The translations under genes were made by a program, and so were the position numbers. This document shows, one piece after another, positions 46,346-58,200 of a DNA stretch of 64,000 nucleotides. The notes under the pieces are model-generated. The model was not told the DNA's origin, did no database searches, and was given only the letters and a program-made list of their open reading frames with translations. The stretch's first letter is position 1, and every line of letters starts with the position of its first letter. Location: sequence record SRR9188677_181, one strand, 5' to 3'.

Positions 46346-47743
46346 CTATTTTGAATCCAAGATTAATACCCAATCATTGCCATTTTTAGGTTCTGCTGGC
46401 GGATTAAATGCCTGTTCTCCTTTGTTATCGAATACTCCAATTTCAAGCGTTTTTCCATCTCTTGGACTATACCAAGAAGCTTTTACTTGCTCTCCAGCTA
46501 TTTTTCCAATATTTACTTTGAAATTTCTACCCGTGTAAGTATAAATCAAAGCGGTATTTTTCGCTTTCGTTGCCACTAAATAATCATATCTTGAACCTTG
46601 GTCAACTACTAAACTTTGGTCTGGTACAAAATCAAAAAATGGTTTTGATAACATCAGATTTTTCAGGTGAATCATTTGGCTTGAACCTAAAGCTTTTATC
46701 CCAACCGACCATTTTTCTATTGGTCCAAAAGAAGTAGAACTAGAATAGCCTTTGTGCATTTGCATTACTTCATTTTGCCCATAAGTATAACCAAATGCTC
46801 CTGCAAAAACCGACCAATATCCATATCGACGAACATCATCAGCAGTCCATCTCGTTGCTAAAGAATCATGTAAACCGTGTGGAATTCCTTCGTAAGATGG
46901 TTCGCCATCGATTGTTGGTTTAATTGGATTCATGCGATAATCATCGTTAATAAACTTCCAATTATCTTCTCCAAAATGACGAGTTTCATTGGCAGAAGTA
47001 TCTTGTTCATACGATTTATGTCCCGATTGAACCATGTTAAAATCTAACCAATTTTCGTTGTGAAACCAATCAGATGAAGAAGTTCTTCCTCTTGGATGAA
47101 ATGTAATTAAATGCTTCGTATCAATATCATTAATGGTTTTTCCAATCGTTTTCCAAACAGCCAAAGAATCACTTCCTTTAATATCTCCGCCATTTAGCCA
47201 GATAATATTTGATTGATTTTTGTAACGATTCGCTAAAAAAGACGCATATATTTCAGCCTGTTTTTGTGAAACATGACCAGCTTTTACATTACCTCCCCAA
47301 ATAGGAACTAATGCCATATAAATGCCTTTCTCTTCCGCCTTTTTGATGACAAAATCTACATGGTCCCAAAAATCATACTCCTCTTCATTGGTAAAATTAT
47401 TCCCTTCTGTCAATTTTGGATTCGCCACATCTCGTTTCACCAAAGCAGAATCTCCATAAGCATTTACAGCCTCTGTGGTATGCAAAACCATTACTTGAAT
47501 CACATTAAAACCTTTTTGTTTTCTATCTTCAAGATATGTTTCGGTTTCTTCACAAGTCAATTTATTGAATAAAAGCCAGCCTGTATCGCCCAACCAAAAG
47601 AAGGGTTTGCCATCTTTAGTCGCAATAAATCTTCCATTTTCTGATACTTTTAAATCAGCTAATTTTGACGAATTACAAGCCGAAAGCAATATCAAACAGC
47701 TAAAAAGAATACTTATTTTGTTATATAAAGAATTGTATTTCAT
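46346..47743 (-). CDS. GH140 endo-apiosidase (DUF4038) lipoprotein
   Basis: DGKPFFWLGDTGW, GFNVIQ, NIIWLNGGD, ITFHPRG, QSGH, DGEPSYE and DWVLIL. Confidence 0.88.
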   Translation of the reverse strand: MKYNSLYNKISILFSCLILLSACNSSKLADLKVSENGRFIATKDGKPFFWLGDTGWLLFNKLTCEETETYLEDRKQKGFNVIQVMVLHTTEAVNAYGDSALVKRDVANPKLTEGNNFTNEEEYDFWDHVDFVIKKAEEKGIYMALVPIWGGNVKAGHVSQKQAEIYASFLANRYKNQSNIIWLNGGDIKGSDSLAVWKTIGKTINDIDTKHLITFHPRGRTSSSDWFHNENWLDFNMVQSGHKSYEQDTSANETRHFGEDNWKFINDDYRMNPIKPTIDGEPSYEGIPHGLHDSLATRWTADDVRRYGYWSVFAGAFGYTYGQNEVMQMHKGYSSSTSFGPIEKWSVGIKALGSSQMIHLKNLMLSKPFFDFVPDQSLVVDQGSRYDYLVATKAKNTALIYTYTGRNFKVNIGKIAGEQVKASWYSPRDGKTLEIGVFDNKGEQAFNPPAEPKNGNDWVLILDSK

Positions 47744-50700
47744 GATATTTTTCTAAGCCAAATGACTGTTGTTTCAGAGGATTTATTGTTTAATTGTATC
47801 GTTTTACCGCCTTTTACTTTATCTCCTTGTTTGCTAACTTCTCCCGTTTTAGGATTAATATAACTTACTTTGAAAGTCGCTTTTTGTTGGGATAAATCAA
47901 GTTTTACGGCATTTTGTCCTTCATTATAAATTAGATAGCCTTTTTCTGGATTAGCTATTGCCCATTGATTGGCAGTTTTTTCGGTCAATTCAACAGGTTT
48001 CATCATTGCTACATCTTGTAAAAACTGTGGGTTTTGAACGACAGGAATATTCGGCAAAGAACCACCTGCCATTAAAACTGCCCAACCCATTGCATCAAAA
48101 CTATCGGCAGAATACATCACGGCTTTCTCTGGAAATTTTTGTTTGTATTCATTCACGGCACGATATACTTGTTCAAACGAGCTTTTTTTAGGATTCAGCA
48201 ATCTTGCATGTTGGCGTGGGGCTAAATTTTGACCGCCCAATGGAGCGTAAGATGTTCCATTTGCCTGAAAGTGCCAATAACGAATGTCGATTACATCAAT
48301 TACAGAAGCTCTTTCTGCATCAGCCAAAATGGCATCTTGTACATCTTTTGTGGTACTTAACCCAACGATTGCTTTTTTACCTGTTTCTTTTTCCCATTCT
48401 TTGATAACGTCTATCCAGAACTGTACAAAATGTAATGGACCTGTATATTCTGCTCCAATGAGCTGAATGACGCCAGCATTTTCTTTGAAATTTTCAAGAC
48501 ATTTACGGATATAAGCCCTGTGGATTTCTCGACGAACAGGATGCGAAACATCATAAAACTGTTCTGCCATAAAAATTCGCTTATCGCCCGCATAAGGCAC
48601 AGGTTCTGGAAAACCTGTATTGTTAATATTATTGGCTGGTCGCCAAGGGAAATCAGCATAATGTGCGCCAGCTTCAATAATATTGTGTTGAAAGTAATTT
48701 TGGTGTATTAGTAATAATCCTTTTTGGTCAGCTAAATCGGCAAATTGCTTTAGCCTGTTCCAATACCATTTATTATATTTTGTTAAATCGTATTTACTTA
48801 AGCCATCGTAAGCTATTTCTTTACCACTTCTAGCAAAAGGCAATTCATAAAATGGAGGCCAAACATCACCATCAATTCTACGGATTCGTTCATGGTCATC
48901 ACGGCGACGTTCATACCAAAGTCCGTAATTATGGTCGATGGCACTTACATTATTTTCTTTCATCCAATCCGTTAAAGTTTCCAAATTATCCGTCAAACCT
49001 TTGCCCGTTTGTCCCGGAACAAAACGAGTAATATGTGCTTTAGCATTTTCTAAAGCATAAGGTCTGGCACTTCCCGACCACCAAGGAACTTCTTGTTTTC
49101 TACCTGAAACAAGACTATTGCCACGGACTAACCACCCATTTTCGATGTGTAAAATGCCTGCTTTACTTACTGAATTAACTTTTTTGATTCCGATTTGGTC
49201 AATGGTTGAAACATTAGCTTGGATAGAAATTGCTTCTCGTGTTCCTGCTTGAGCAATGAATTCTTGAAGTGTTTGAGCTGAATTTTGTGCTTGTTTCGTC
49301 AAAGCCATTGCTACTTCTACTTTTGGACTACTTGAAGCTTCTGAAGGAACAGCTAATAAAATGGCTCTGTTTGCTAATTTCGAACCAATTCTATCTTTCA
49401 ATTGAGCGTAATACAAACTTCTTGGATTGATATGTTCGTTAGACATTTCCCAATAACCATTTCCAGTAAATTGCGACCAAGTACCAAATGCCCAATTTTG
49501 TGCGGTTGGTGCTTGAAAACAATCAACCCTTGAAGCAGAACATTGCCAAAAAACTGAATTCGCTGCTGTCCAGCCTGCACCCTGTCCGTCTTGTCCACGA
49601 TTGGCGTAGCTCAATGCTTGTCCATCGATATTAACAATATCAAACAAAACGCCCGAAGCCCAGCTATCAATCGTTCCACTAAAGCTAAAAGGTAAATGCG
49701 CTTCGCATTGAACAAAAGCGTTTGGTCCGGCTGCGCAAAAACCAACTGCAAAATCATGATAACCAAATTCAGAATATAACCTTTGGAAAAGTGTTTGCTG
49801 ACCAGTCGTAAAAAAAGTAAAACGACGCTGACCACCGATTTCTGAAATTGGGGCTAAAGATTGACAATCTTCTACTGTAATTCTTTTTGCTGTTTCCAAC
49901 ACATTCACGGCAGAACCCGCAAAATGCTTGAAAGTAACTTGTCTTATCCAAGCATCAGTAATATTTTCAAAGGCAATCGCCACCCAACGATGGTCTTCAT
50001 CTTTGGGATTAGCAGTGTCATAGTTTGATTCTAAACTAAGGTTCTCCACACCAGATTGTGCGATTCTTCCATTCCATTGATATTTTGAAATAAATCCGCC
50101 TCCATAAGTTTCATCTAAAGCTGTGGTAAGAGGAACGTCTAAAGTAATTTCGTTACCGTCGATGCCTACAATAGTTCTATCCCAAAAAATATCTCGCTGA
50201 CCAGCTTTCCAACCCAAAGCTGTTACGCCACCACCAAAATGGTCAGCTCCTAATTTTTCAATCCATTCTTTTGTGGAAGGACGATGAATAATTACTTTAT
50301 CTCCAATTTTATATTTGCTGGCAAGCTCAACCTTTACTTTAGCAGAATTGACAGGCACATAATTATTGATAATTTTCTCTTCTGCTTCTTTTACTTTATC
50401 ATTCTTTCCAGCAATTGTAACTAAGTTTTCACGACTTTCGCCCGTTCCTAGAATTATTGTTCCCTTCTCTCCGACTCCACTCCCACGCAAAACAACTCCA
50501 GAAGTATTTATTTTTAAACTGCCCGATACTTCAAAAATTCCTTTTTCCAACAAAACTGCACCTCGAAAGCCATCTTTATCTGGAGACAAAGTAGCTACAT
50601 AATCAATGGCAGATTGAATACGAAGTGTTGCATCTCCAGTTTTAGCAGGAACGATTACTTTGATGGAAACTGTAGGAATCGCTTGTTCGCCAGCCATGTA

Positions 50701-50886
50701 GCCACAATATGAAAAATCTGGAATACGATTCCCTTGGGCATCGGGAGTATAGGCAAGTGTTGAATTAGCACCAAGATAAACTGGCGGAAGAGGTTTCTCA
50801 ACTTTAGGCTTTTGCGCAAAAAGATGAAAACTGTTCAATAAAACAGCTGTAAGGATAAATATTATTTTATATTTTAAACCCGCCAT
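47740..50886 (-). CDS. DUF6298-containing two-module protein (N-terminal beta-helix/pectin-lyase-like, C-terminal putative TIM-barrel), function unknown
   Basis: GNRIPDFSYCGY, DATLRIQSAID, SGVVLRGSG; C-terminal HNYGLWYERRRDDHER, YFQHNIIEAGAHY and GGQNLAPRQH; start probably 50886 (track 50913). Confidence 0.7.
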   Translation of the reverse strand: MAGLKYKIIFILTAVLLNSFHLFAQKPKVEKPLPPVYLGANSTLAYTPDAQGNRIPDFSYCGYMAGEQAIPTVSIKVIVPAKTGDATLRIQSAIDYVATLSPDKDGFRGAVLLEKGIFEVSGSLKINTSGVVLRGSGVGEKGTIILGTGESRENLVTIAGKNDKVKEAEEKIINNYVPVNSAKVKVELASKYKIGDKVIIHRPSTKEWIEKLGADHFGGGVTALGWKAGQRDIFWDRTIVGIDGNEITLDVPLTTALDETYGGGFISKYQWNGRIAQSGVENLSLESNYDTANPKDEDHRWVAIAFENITDAWIRQVTFKHFAGSAVNVLETAKRITVEDCQSLAPISEIGGQRRFTFFTTGQQTLFQRLYSEFGYHDFAVGFCAAGPNAFVQCEAHLPFSFSGTIDSWASGVLFDIVNIDGQALSYANRGQDGQGAGWTAANSVFWQCSASRVDCFQAPTAQNWAFGTWSQFTGNGYWEMSNEHINPRSLYYAQLKDRIGSKLANRAILLAVPSEASSSPKVEVAMALTKQAQNSAQTLQEFIAQAGTREAISIQANVSTIDQIGIKKVNSVSKAGILHIENGWLVRGNSLVSGRKQEVPWWSGSARPYALENAKAHITRFVPGQTGKGLTDNLETLTDWMKENNVSAIDHNYGLWYERRRDDHERIRRIDGDVWPPFYELPFARSGKEIAYDGLSKYDLTKYNKWYWNRLKQFADLADQKGLLLIHQNYFQHNIIEAGAHYADFPWRPANNINNTGFPEPVPYAGDKRIFMAEQFYDVSHPVRREIHRAYIRKCLENFKENAGVIQLIGAEYTGPLHFVQFWIDVIKEWEKETGKKAIVGLSTTKDVQDAILADAERASVIDVIDIRYWHFQANGTSYAPLGGQNLAPRQHARLLNPKKSSFEQVYRAVNEYKQKFPEKAVMYSADSFDAMGWAVLMAGGSLPNIPVVQNPQFLQDVAMMKPVELTEKTANQWAIANPEKGYLIYNEGQNAVKLDLSQQKATFKVSYINPKTGEVSKQGDKVKGGKTIQLNNKSSETTVIWLRKIS

Positions 50887-51021
50887 ATTGCTTGGGTAGT
50901 TTTTACCGATCAATCTTTTTAAAATTCACTTACAATTAAGCAATAATTTAGGAATAGCCATAAATTCGTCAAAGAATATAATTTATTTGATTTATTATTT
51001 TGCTATTTCTATACTTCAATA

Positions 51022-51086
51022 CAAAATTAGAAAGAATCAATCTCATGTATTTATATCATTTTCTCAAGCTATTATACAATATTATC
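51022..51086 (-). promoter_or_regulatory. PUL regulon promoter 3 (DUF6298 to GH78 operon)
   Basis: + strand CAAAATTA-N22-TATATCATTTTC-N6-TATTATACAATATTATC. Confidence 0.75.
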
Positions 51087-51304
51087 AAATCTTTTCTTAA
51101 AAAAGAACCCTATAAATCAGGTCAAATACGATGAGTATTAGCTTGTTTTTTCAAGCAATATTCCCTATAATTTCTTAAAATATTTCTATATATACTGAAA
51201 ATCAGTAGTTTATTCCCGTTTTAAAGAAGTTAATCATAATGTTAAAAACACTGATTTGTAGCTTCCACTTTTAGCTAATTTATTACATAATAATGATAAA
51301 AATA

Positions 51305-51332
51305 AAAAGGGAGACTGCTTGAACAATCTCCC
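51305..51332 (-). terminator. Intrinsic terminator after PL1
   Basis: Minus strand GGGAGATTGT-TCAA-GCAGTCTCCC-TTTT. Confidence 0.65.
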
Positions 51333-51355
51333 TCCTACTCTTTCAGAATATTCAA

Positions 51356-52996
51356 TTATGGTTTTACTGTTTTTAAAGTAACCACACTGTTTAAATATTC
51401 TTCGATATTGGTGTAACCATCCTTGTTTCTATCTTTTGCAGCATCAGAAGCATCTTTAGGATTCAATCCATTTTTCAATTCCCAAGCATCTGGCATACCA
51501 TCGCTGTCTGAATCTTTATATGGAACACCTTTGTAAACTGGGTATCCTCCTACTTGATTGATGTCTGTAATGATACCATTTTTATAAGAATCAATCGGTA
51601 AACGACGGTGCTTGAATTGCGTTTCAGGCAATTTAACATCTTCTTTATAAGTAATTTTACCTGTACGAACCTGCTCGATAACACGAGTATCAACAGCATC
51701 TCTGATGGGTAAAATTGCTCCTGCATTTGCCAATACATAATCACGAGCTTGAGTAGCTGGAAGTATCGTCAATTTTGGCATTGGCAATGGGCTATTCCAC
51801 TTCATATCTGCCGTATATTTATCGGCGTTCGGGAAGTTTTCTACTTGTACGCCACCATCCCAGTTATCTTTCGTAACTCGTTCATTGCCTTCCATAATAT
51901 TTCCATTCACATAAGCACGACCAAAAGTTAAATAACCTAATTTACTTCTTCCTGATTCTGGTTTTAAAATACGATAACCGATTGGAGAATCCTTTGGAGT
52001 GAGCGGTCCTGGTTTATAATAGTTATTGATAATATTGTACATTGCACGGTAATCTCCACCATCAGTAGAACGGTGTACCCAGTTGAACATTACGTTGTTT
52101 ACAAAGTTGAAAATACCAAACCAACCGATAGATGGATTACGTCCAGCATTATCTGCCCAAAGGTTTCTCATGAATGTACAGTTTTCACCCCCCAAAGTAC
52201 TTCCGAAAGCGTGATTCCAAGTATCTAATGCTTCAGAAAAAATGGAATTTTGAATCGTGATATTGACGGTTGGTAATTTATCTTCAATTTTTCCTGTGCT
52301 ATCATTATACATGTGACGATACATCGACATGTTTTCATCTAAACCCCAACTTGCTGAAACGTGGTCAATCATAATATTTCCAATGGGGTTTCCACCGATT
52401 GAATCATCACGACGTCCAACTCCAGTTTCGCCTCTTCTGAAACGCATGAAACGAATCACGACATCGTGCGTGTTAATCCAAACAGACTCTCCAGCTACAC
52501 AAATTCCATCACCCGGCGCTGTTTGACCAGCAATCGTAATATATGGAGCACGAATAATAAGCGGAGTTTTTAAACGAATAATACCAGAAACATTAAATAC
52601 AATTGTTCTTGCACCACCTTTTTCACAAGCTTCACGCAATGAACCTGGTCCATTATCTTCAAGACTTGTAACTACATATACTTTACCCCCACGACCGCCA
52701 AAAGAGTAAGCGCCACCGCCTTCAGCACCCGGAAAAGCAGGAATATTAGCCTGAGGCAAATCTATAGGACGAGCCGCCCAAGGAATATATGGTTTACCTT
52801 CACGAGATTCTTTTTGAATAATTGGCAAAGCCTGTTGCCAAGCAATATCAGATTGTTTTCTAGCTGCATTGAGCAATGAGTCACTTTGTTTTTGGATATC
52901 GGCGGGAATCTGTGGATACTGTGCCACAACCGATTGCTGTACTGTTAGCAAAACCAATACTACTCGGAGTATCGTTGAGAAAGACATCTTTTTCAT
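51356..52996 (-). CDS. PL1 (PL1_2-like) pectate lyase with C-terminal Ca-binding DxDxDG repeats
   Basis: AFPGAEGGG, GGRGGKVYVVTSL, TIAGQTAPGDG, IDHVSASW, RNP; DSDSDGMPDAWE and DRNKDGYTNIEEYLN. Confidence 0.9.
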   Translation of the reverse strand: MKKMSFSTILRVVLVLLTVQQSVVAQYPQIPADIQKQSDSLLNAARKQSDIAWQQALPIIQKESREGKPYIPWAARPIDLPQANIPAFPGAEGGGAYSFGGRGGKVYVVTSLEDNGPGSLREACEKGGARTIVFNVSGIIRLKTPLIIRAPYITIAGQTAPGDGICVAGESVWINTHDVVIRFMRFRRGETGVGRRDDSIGGNPIGNIMIDHVSASWGLDENMSMYRHMYNDSTGKIEDKLPTVNITIQNSIFSEALDTWNHAFGSTLGGENCTFMRNLWADNAGRNPSIGWFGIFNFVNNVMFNWVHRSTDGGDYRAMYNIINNYYKPGPLTPKDSPIGYRILKPESGRSKLGYLTFGRAYVNGNIMEGNERVTKDNWDGGVQVENFPNADKYTADMKWNSPLPMPKLTILPATQARDYVLANAGAILPIRDAVDTRVIEQVRTGKITYKEDVKLPETQFKHRRLPIDSYKNGIITDINQVGGYPVYKGVPYKDSDSDGMPDAWELKNGLNPKDASDAAKDRNKDGYTNIEEYLNSVVTLKTVKP

Positions 52997-53132
52997 GAAT
53001 GATTGTTAATAAATTTAGTCTTGATTATCAGCAAGAAATCTGCTTTTTCGACCCTCAAAACTAAGCATGTTACGTTTATGAAAACTTTTGCTAGACCAAT
53101 AATTACAATTAGCTAAAAAAGTATATTATTTC

Positions 53133-53197
53133 CAAAATTAGTACTAATTATTGAGATTGATATATAAAAAATTTTCAATTTTATGTAGGATATTATC
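53133..53197 (-). promoter_or_regulatory. PUL regulon promoter 4 (PL1)
   Basis: + strand CAAAATTA-N22-TATAAAAAATTT-N6-TTATGTAGGATATTATC. Confidence 0.7.
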
Positions 53198-53253
53198 TCA
53201 AATAAATGTTATTTTTTTATGATAAAAGCAAGATAGAACAGGACAAGTAAAAC

Positions 53254-53285
53254 AAAAAATGAAGGCTTCAAATGAAGCCTTCATT
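53254..53285 (-). terminator. Intrinsic terminator after susD
   Basis: AATGAAGGCTTCA-AA-TGAAGCCTTCATT with a poly-T tract on the minus strand. Confidence 0.8.
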
Positions 53286-53315
53286 ATAGTATAATATCAA
53301 AAGATTTAATCAAAT

Positions 53316-55145
53316 TTATTGTAAAGGGTCAAACGAACCGCCCCAAGAATTATTTTGTATAATCAATGGATTGTTATTCAATGCACCTGTTGGAATTGGG
53401 AAGAAATAATACTCTGGTTTCCAAGTAATTGCTGGTCTTGACATTAATCCGTTTGGCGTTAATGTTACTGTAAAGTAATTTGTATAGACATCATCTAACT
53501 TCATTCCATCACGAGTAGTTGCAAAGTCAGCAGGTACACCTGTAGTTTTTAAAGTAATAGCAACTTTTGTTCCTTTACTTCCGTTGAATGTTTTCTCAAG
53601 CAATTTCCAGCGTCTCAAATCCCAGAAACGTTTTCCTTCAAAAGCAAACTCAATTTGTCTTTCATCTAAAATTGCTGTAAACATTTCGTCACGAGTCATA
53701 TTTGCTTTTAAACCGTAAAGCCCATCTGTCCCTGCTTCAATGCCTGCTCTAGCACGAACTGCCTTCAATTGTGTATAAGCTTCGTCTAATCTTCCTACTC
53801 CAGTCGCTGCTTCTGCTAAGTTCAATAATACTTCTGCAAAACGAATTTCCATCCAGTCTGTTCCAGAATAAATAGTATTTGAAGCATCAAGCGTTGAACC
53901 AGCCACATCAGAAGTCTGTAAAGCTTTACGACAATAAAAGCCTGTATTACTGATATTTACATTTCCATTTTCTACACTTTTACCCGCTGCAACGTAAGTC
54001 CACAATCTATTATTTGTAACATTTGTCATCGGCCAAGTACAGCCATTATAAGCAATTGTTTTCTCAAATCGTGGGTCACGATCTTTGTAAAATAATTGGT
54101 CTGAATAAGTGTATTTCGTAGAAGCTCCCGGCTTTTTACCATCTTTCATTGGAAATGCCTTTACTAAATCCCATGAAGGAATGTTTGAACCACCACCCGA
54201 AGAAGTAGAATATTTCGGACGAGTACTTGCTTCATAACCATTATTTCTTTTTTGTTGATCTCCAACAGAAGTATTATAACCTGCAATAAAAACAGCTTCC
54301 GTATTTCCTACTTCAGTAAACCACATTTTACCATAATCTGCAAAAAGCTTCGAACCACTCGCCGTTAAAACATCAAAAGCTTGTTTGTTGGCATCGTAAG
54401 CAGACTGCCATTTACTGGCTACGTCATTGGCATTGAATTGAGGACTAGCAGCATATAACAATACTCTACCTTTCAAAGCAGCAGCAGCTCCTCTGGTAAT
54501 TCTTCCCCAGTTAGCCGATGGCGACTGCCAAACAGTTGGTAAATACTTGATAGCAGTATCTAAATCTGCTGCCATTTGAGTGTAACACTGAGTTGTTGAA
54601 TTTCTTGGGATAAAAGTTGCTTCACGTGCTTCATCGCCAACTGCATCTTGTGGTGTTAATACCAAAGGAACACCCCCATACAATTTCACTAATTCGAAAT
54701 AACGCCAAGCCCTGAAAAAGTAGGCTTGAGCCAATAATCTATTTTTAGCGCCATTATCCATTAATTTATCAGAACCCAAATCATAAATAAATGAATTGAT
54801 TGTTCTGATTTTTCCATAATTATTGGTAGCACTTAAAGACGTTCCAAAATCTGTTACATCTGTAGCAGTGATTGTTCCTTCTAAATATTTATTCGCTGAA
54901 CTCCCTTGATTATAAGATTCTTCAGAATAGACACTTCCACCAAGTCCGCTGACGGCTGTTGCACCACCCCAATCTGGCAAATTCTGATTATACACATAAT
55001 TCAAGGCAATATTGGCTAAAACAGAGTCTCCAGCAATTAAATCAGGAGAAGCTGCTCCTAAGTCCGTTTTATCTAACACACTTTCGCAACTTGCCAAAGC
55101 AAGCATAGAACAAAGTGCCGACCATAAAATATATTTCTTTTTCAT
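53316..55145 (-). CDS. susD: SusD/RagB family glycan-binding lipoprotein
   Basis: Lipobox LASC; AYFFRAWRYFELVKLYGGVP, RFAEVLLNLAEA and ERQIEFAFEGKRFWDLRRW. Confidence 0.95.
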   Translation of the reverse strand: MKKKYILWSALCSMLALASCESVLDKTDLGAASPDLIAGDSVLANIALNYVYNQNLPDWGGATAVSGLGGSVYSEESYNQGSSANKYLEGTITATDVTDFGTSLSATNNYGKIRTINSFIYDLGSDKLMDNGAKNRLLAQAYFFRAWRYFELVKLYGGVPLVLTPQDAVGDEAREATFIPRNSTTQCYTQMAADLDTAIKYLPTVWQSPSANWGRITRGAAAALKGRVLLYAASPQFNANDVASKWQSAYDANKQAFDVLTASGSKLFADYGKMWFTEVGNTEAVFIAGYNTSVGDQQKRNNGYEASTRPKYSTSSGGGSNIPSWDLVKAFPMKDGKKPGASTKYTYSDQLFYKDRDPRFEKTIAYNGCTWPMTNVTNNRLWTYVAAGKSVENGNVNISNTGFYCRKALQTSDVAGSTLDASNTIYSGTDWMEIRFAEVLLNLAEAATGVGRLDEAYTQLKAVRARAGIEAGTDGLYGLKANMTRDEMFTAILDERQIEFAFEGKRFWDLRRWKLLEKTFNGSKGTKVAITLKTTGVPADFATTRDGMKLDDVYTNYFTVTLTPNGLMSRPAITWKPEYYFFPIPTGALNNNPLIIQNNSWGGSFDPLQ

Positions 55146-55222
55146 TTTTCTGTAATAATTAAGTTTTCAATTTCATTGATAGTGATTATCTATCTTTTGA
55201 ATAAGAAAATATGGGTAATTAA

Positions 55223-58200
55223 TTATAGATTCAAGTTTAAACCTACTGAGAATGAACGCAATGTTGGATATACATCATACGCTCCAGAATACTGCTTGTA
55301 AGTATAAGGATTGTATAAATTCAACGGGTTTGTTGATGTAAGATATACTCTAGCACCATTTACGTTCAATTTTTTAAGCAGATTGGCAGGAAGTTCATAC
55401 GATACATTCAATGTTCTAACTGACATTTGGAATGAGCTAACAAACCAGAAATCTGAATCTAAACTGTTTTGACCTCTATAGTTTGGTGCTGGATATTTAG
55501 CATTTGGGTTTTCTGGAGTCCAGTGGTCTGTTAAGTGCTGTGGTAAATTTGTTTTAGCTGAAACTTGTGCTGAAGTTCCCCAACCTCTTGCACCAGACTC
55601 AAGCATACTTTGTCCACCAAAAGAACCACCCATCGCAAATGAGAATGACAAACGCTTGTAGCTAGTTGAGAAGTTCAACCCAAAACCATAATGATTATCT
55701 TGTTTGTTTGTCAAGTATTGTCTGTCGTTTACATCAATCTTGCCATCAGGTTCAGCATAAGAATATGTACCGTCTGCGTTTGGTGTTGCATTCTTCGCTC
55801 CACGAACGTCTTCATAATACAACATACCCGGTAAAGGTTTTGTACCATCAATGGTATAATTAGGATATTTTGCCAAAAGAGCATCAACATCTGCTTGTGT
55901 TCTTAACATTCCTAAACATTTGTATCCTAATAAACCCATATCAGTAGATTTACCTGTTGGATCTAAATAAGTTCCTGTTAAGCCTTTATCGAAGTCAACT
56001 TTTACTTGTTTGTTGTCATTCCAAGCAAAGAATCCTCTGATTTTATACGACCAATCTTTATTGATTTTACTTGACCAACCTAATGAAATTTCTGTACCGA
56101 AACCATCAACTGTTGCAAAGTTTTCAGATGGTAATGCAGCACCAACTGTTAAAGGTACAGATGAAGCCAAAGTTACAAGCATGTCGTAACGGTGATCATA
56201 GAAAGCATCAATCCCTAATGAAAGACGGTTTTGTAAGAAGTTAGCATCAATACCAGCATTTAATTTTGTATCACTATCCCATCTTACTTCTGGGTTTGGA
56301 ATAGCATTTTTCAAACGGAAGATACCTGCACGATCTAAGTTTCCACCAAATACAGGGCCATTTCCTGTTTGAATTAAGTTATAGCTTTTCAACCAGTTAT
56401 AAGCTCTGGTATTATCCATCCCTGTTAAACCACCTGATAAACGAACTTTTAAGAAATCAACAAAACGTACATTATTTTTGAAGAAAGGTTCTTCGGAAAC
56501 AACCCAACCTACAGATAAAGAAGGGAAAGTTCCCCAACGATTTTCAGGTGCAAAATTGGTAGAAGCATCTCTACGAACAGAAAACTCTGCTAAATATTTG
56601 CCTGCATAAGTATAATTTAAACGCCCTGCGAATGATAATCTTCCAGATTCGGATTCAGATTCATTAATTGTACCAACACCTGCACCAGAAGCTGTACCAC
56701 CCAAAGCATATCCAGCATTATCTAAAGCACCGTCAACCATATTATCTAAATATGAAGTGATACCATCAGAATACGTTTCATTTTGCTCAAATAACGCAAT
56801 AGCAGAGATTGAATGTTTACCAAAAGTTTTATCGTAATTCAAATAACCATTTAATTGATATGAATCAGAATAATTTGGAGAGAAGTAAATTCTATTACTG
56901 TTACTGATATTTGAAACACTTCTTACACCACCACCAAAAATATGTTTGTTTGTACCCAACATATTAAAGTTATAAAGCGAGTATCTTGTACCAAATTCTT
57001 TTCCAAAAGAGTTCTCGAAGTTTCTATTATAGGTTACTTTTGCTTTTAATCCTTTTAAAAATGGTACATCGTATTCTACATAAGCATTGATGTTTAAACC
57101 ATTGTTTTTTGCTAGTAAGTAGTTATTTGATTTTTGTGCTTCAAAAAAATGGAAGTTTTCACTTGTTGAACCACCACCTGTTGTGTTTACTGGTAAACCA
57201 TCTACATAAGCTGGAATAAATGGCGCAGCATAAATCAAAGACTTATAATCTTTCTCATTATCAGAACCACCTTGTTTTAATAAATATCTATCTTTCTTAG
57301 ATAAATCTCCTGATAAACCTAATCCAACTCTTACGTTTGCAGATACTTTTACATCAGTACTTGCACGGAAAGTCCATCTATCAAAATTAATTTTCTCGAA
57401 ATTTCCATCTTGTTGGTTATAAGTAATCCCAGCAAAATAAGTAGCTTTTTCTGTACCGCCACTTACGTTGAGCGCATGACGAGTTACACTTGATGATTTC
57501 CAAGCTTGGCTCAACCAATCTTGGCTATTTGCTTTAAAGTAATCAAGCTCATCTTGTGAATAAAGAATGCTTGGAGTTGTTGTTTTAAAGTTATAATCAT
57601 TAACATAAGTAGCTAATTCATATCCATTCATCATTTTGGGTAATTCAGCATCTGAAGTACCATAAGATGTACTGTAAGAGAATTTGGGTGCTCCAGTTTT
57701 TCCTCTTTTAGTTGTAACAACCACAACGCCATAAGCACCTCTAGCACCATAAATAGCCGCTGCCGCATCTTTTAGAATTGAAATATTTTCAACTTCCGAA
57801 ACGTCTAATACGTTGAAATCGTCTTCTGAACGAACAATGTTATCAATAACGTACAGTGGACGCAGTGAGCCTCCATCTTTAGAAAGTAAAATCGGGTTAC
57901 GAATGGTAATTGAAGCATTATCTCCTGGACGGCTAGTACCACCAGAAACTCCTACTCCCGGTTGCTGACTCACCAATGCAGCTGATAAACTACCAACTGC
58001 TAAATCTTCAATTGCTTTCATATCAATTGTAGCTACAGCACCAGTTAAGTTGATTTTTTTCTGTTGTCCATAACCTACAAATACTACTTCATCTAAAGCA
58101 GAAACATCATCTTCCATCGTTAAATTGATTTCCGAACGACCATTCACAGCAACTTCCTGTGTTTTCAAACCGACAGAAGTAAATACTAACGTTTCGTTTC

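Noticed and set aside
51190-51260. AAATCAGT...ACTGATTT inverted pair with IHF-like sequence in the long intergenic region
   Set aside because: Short AT-rich match that could easily arise by chance.
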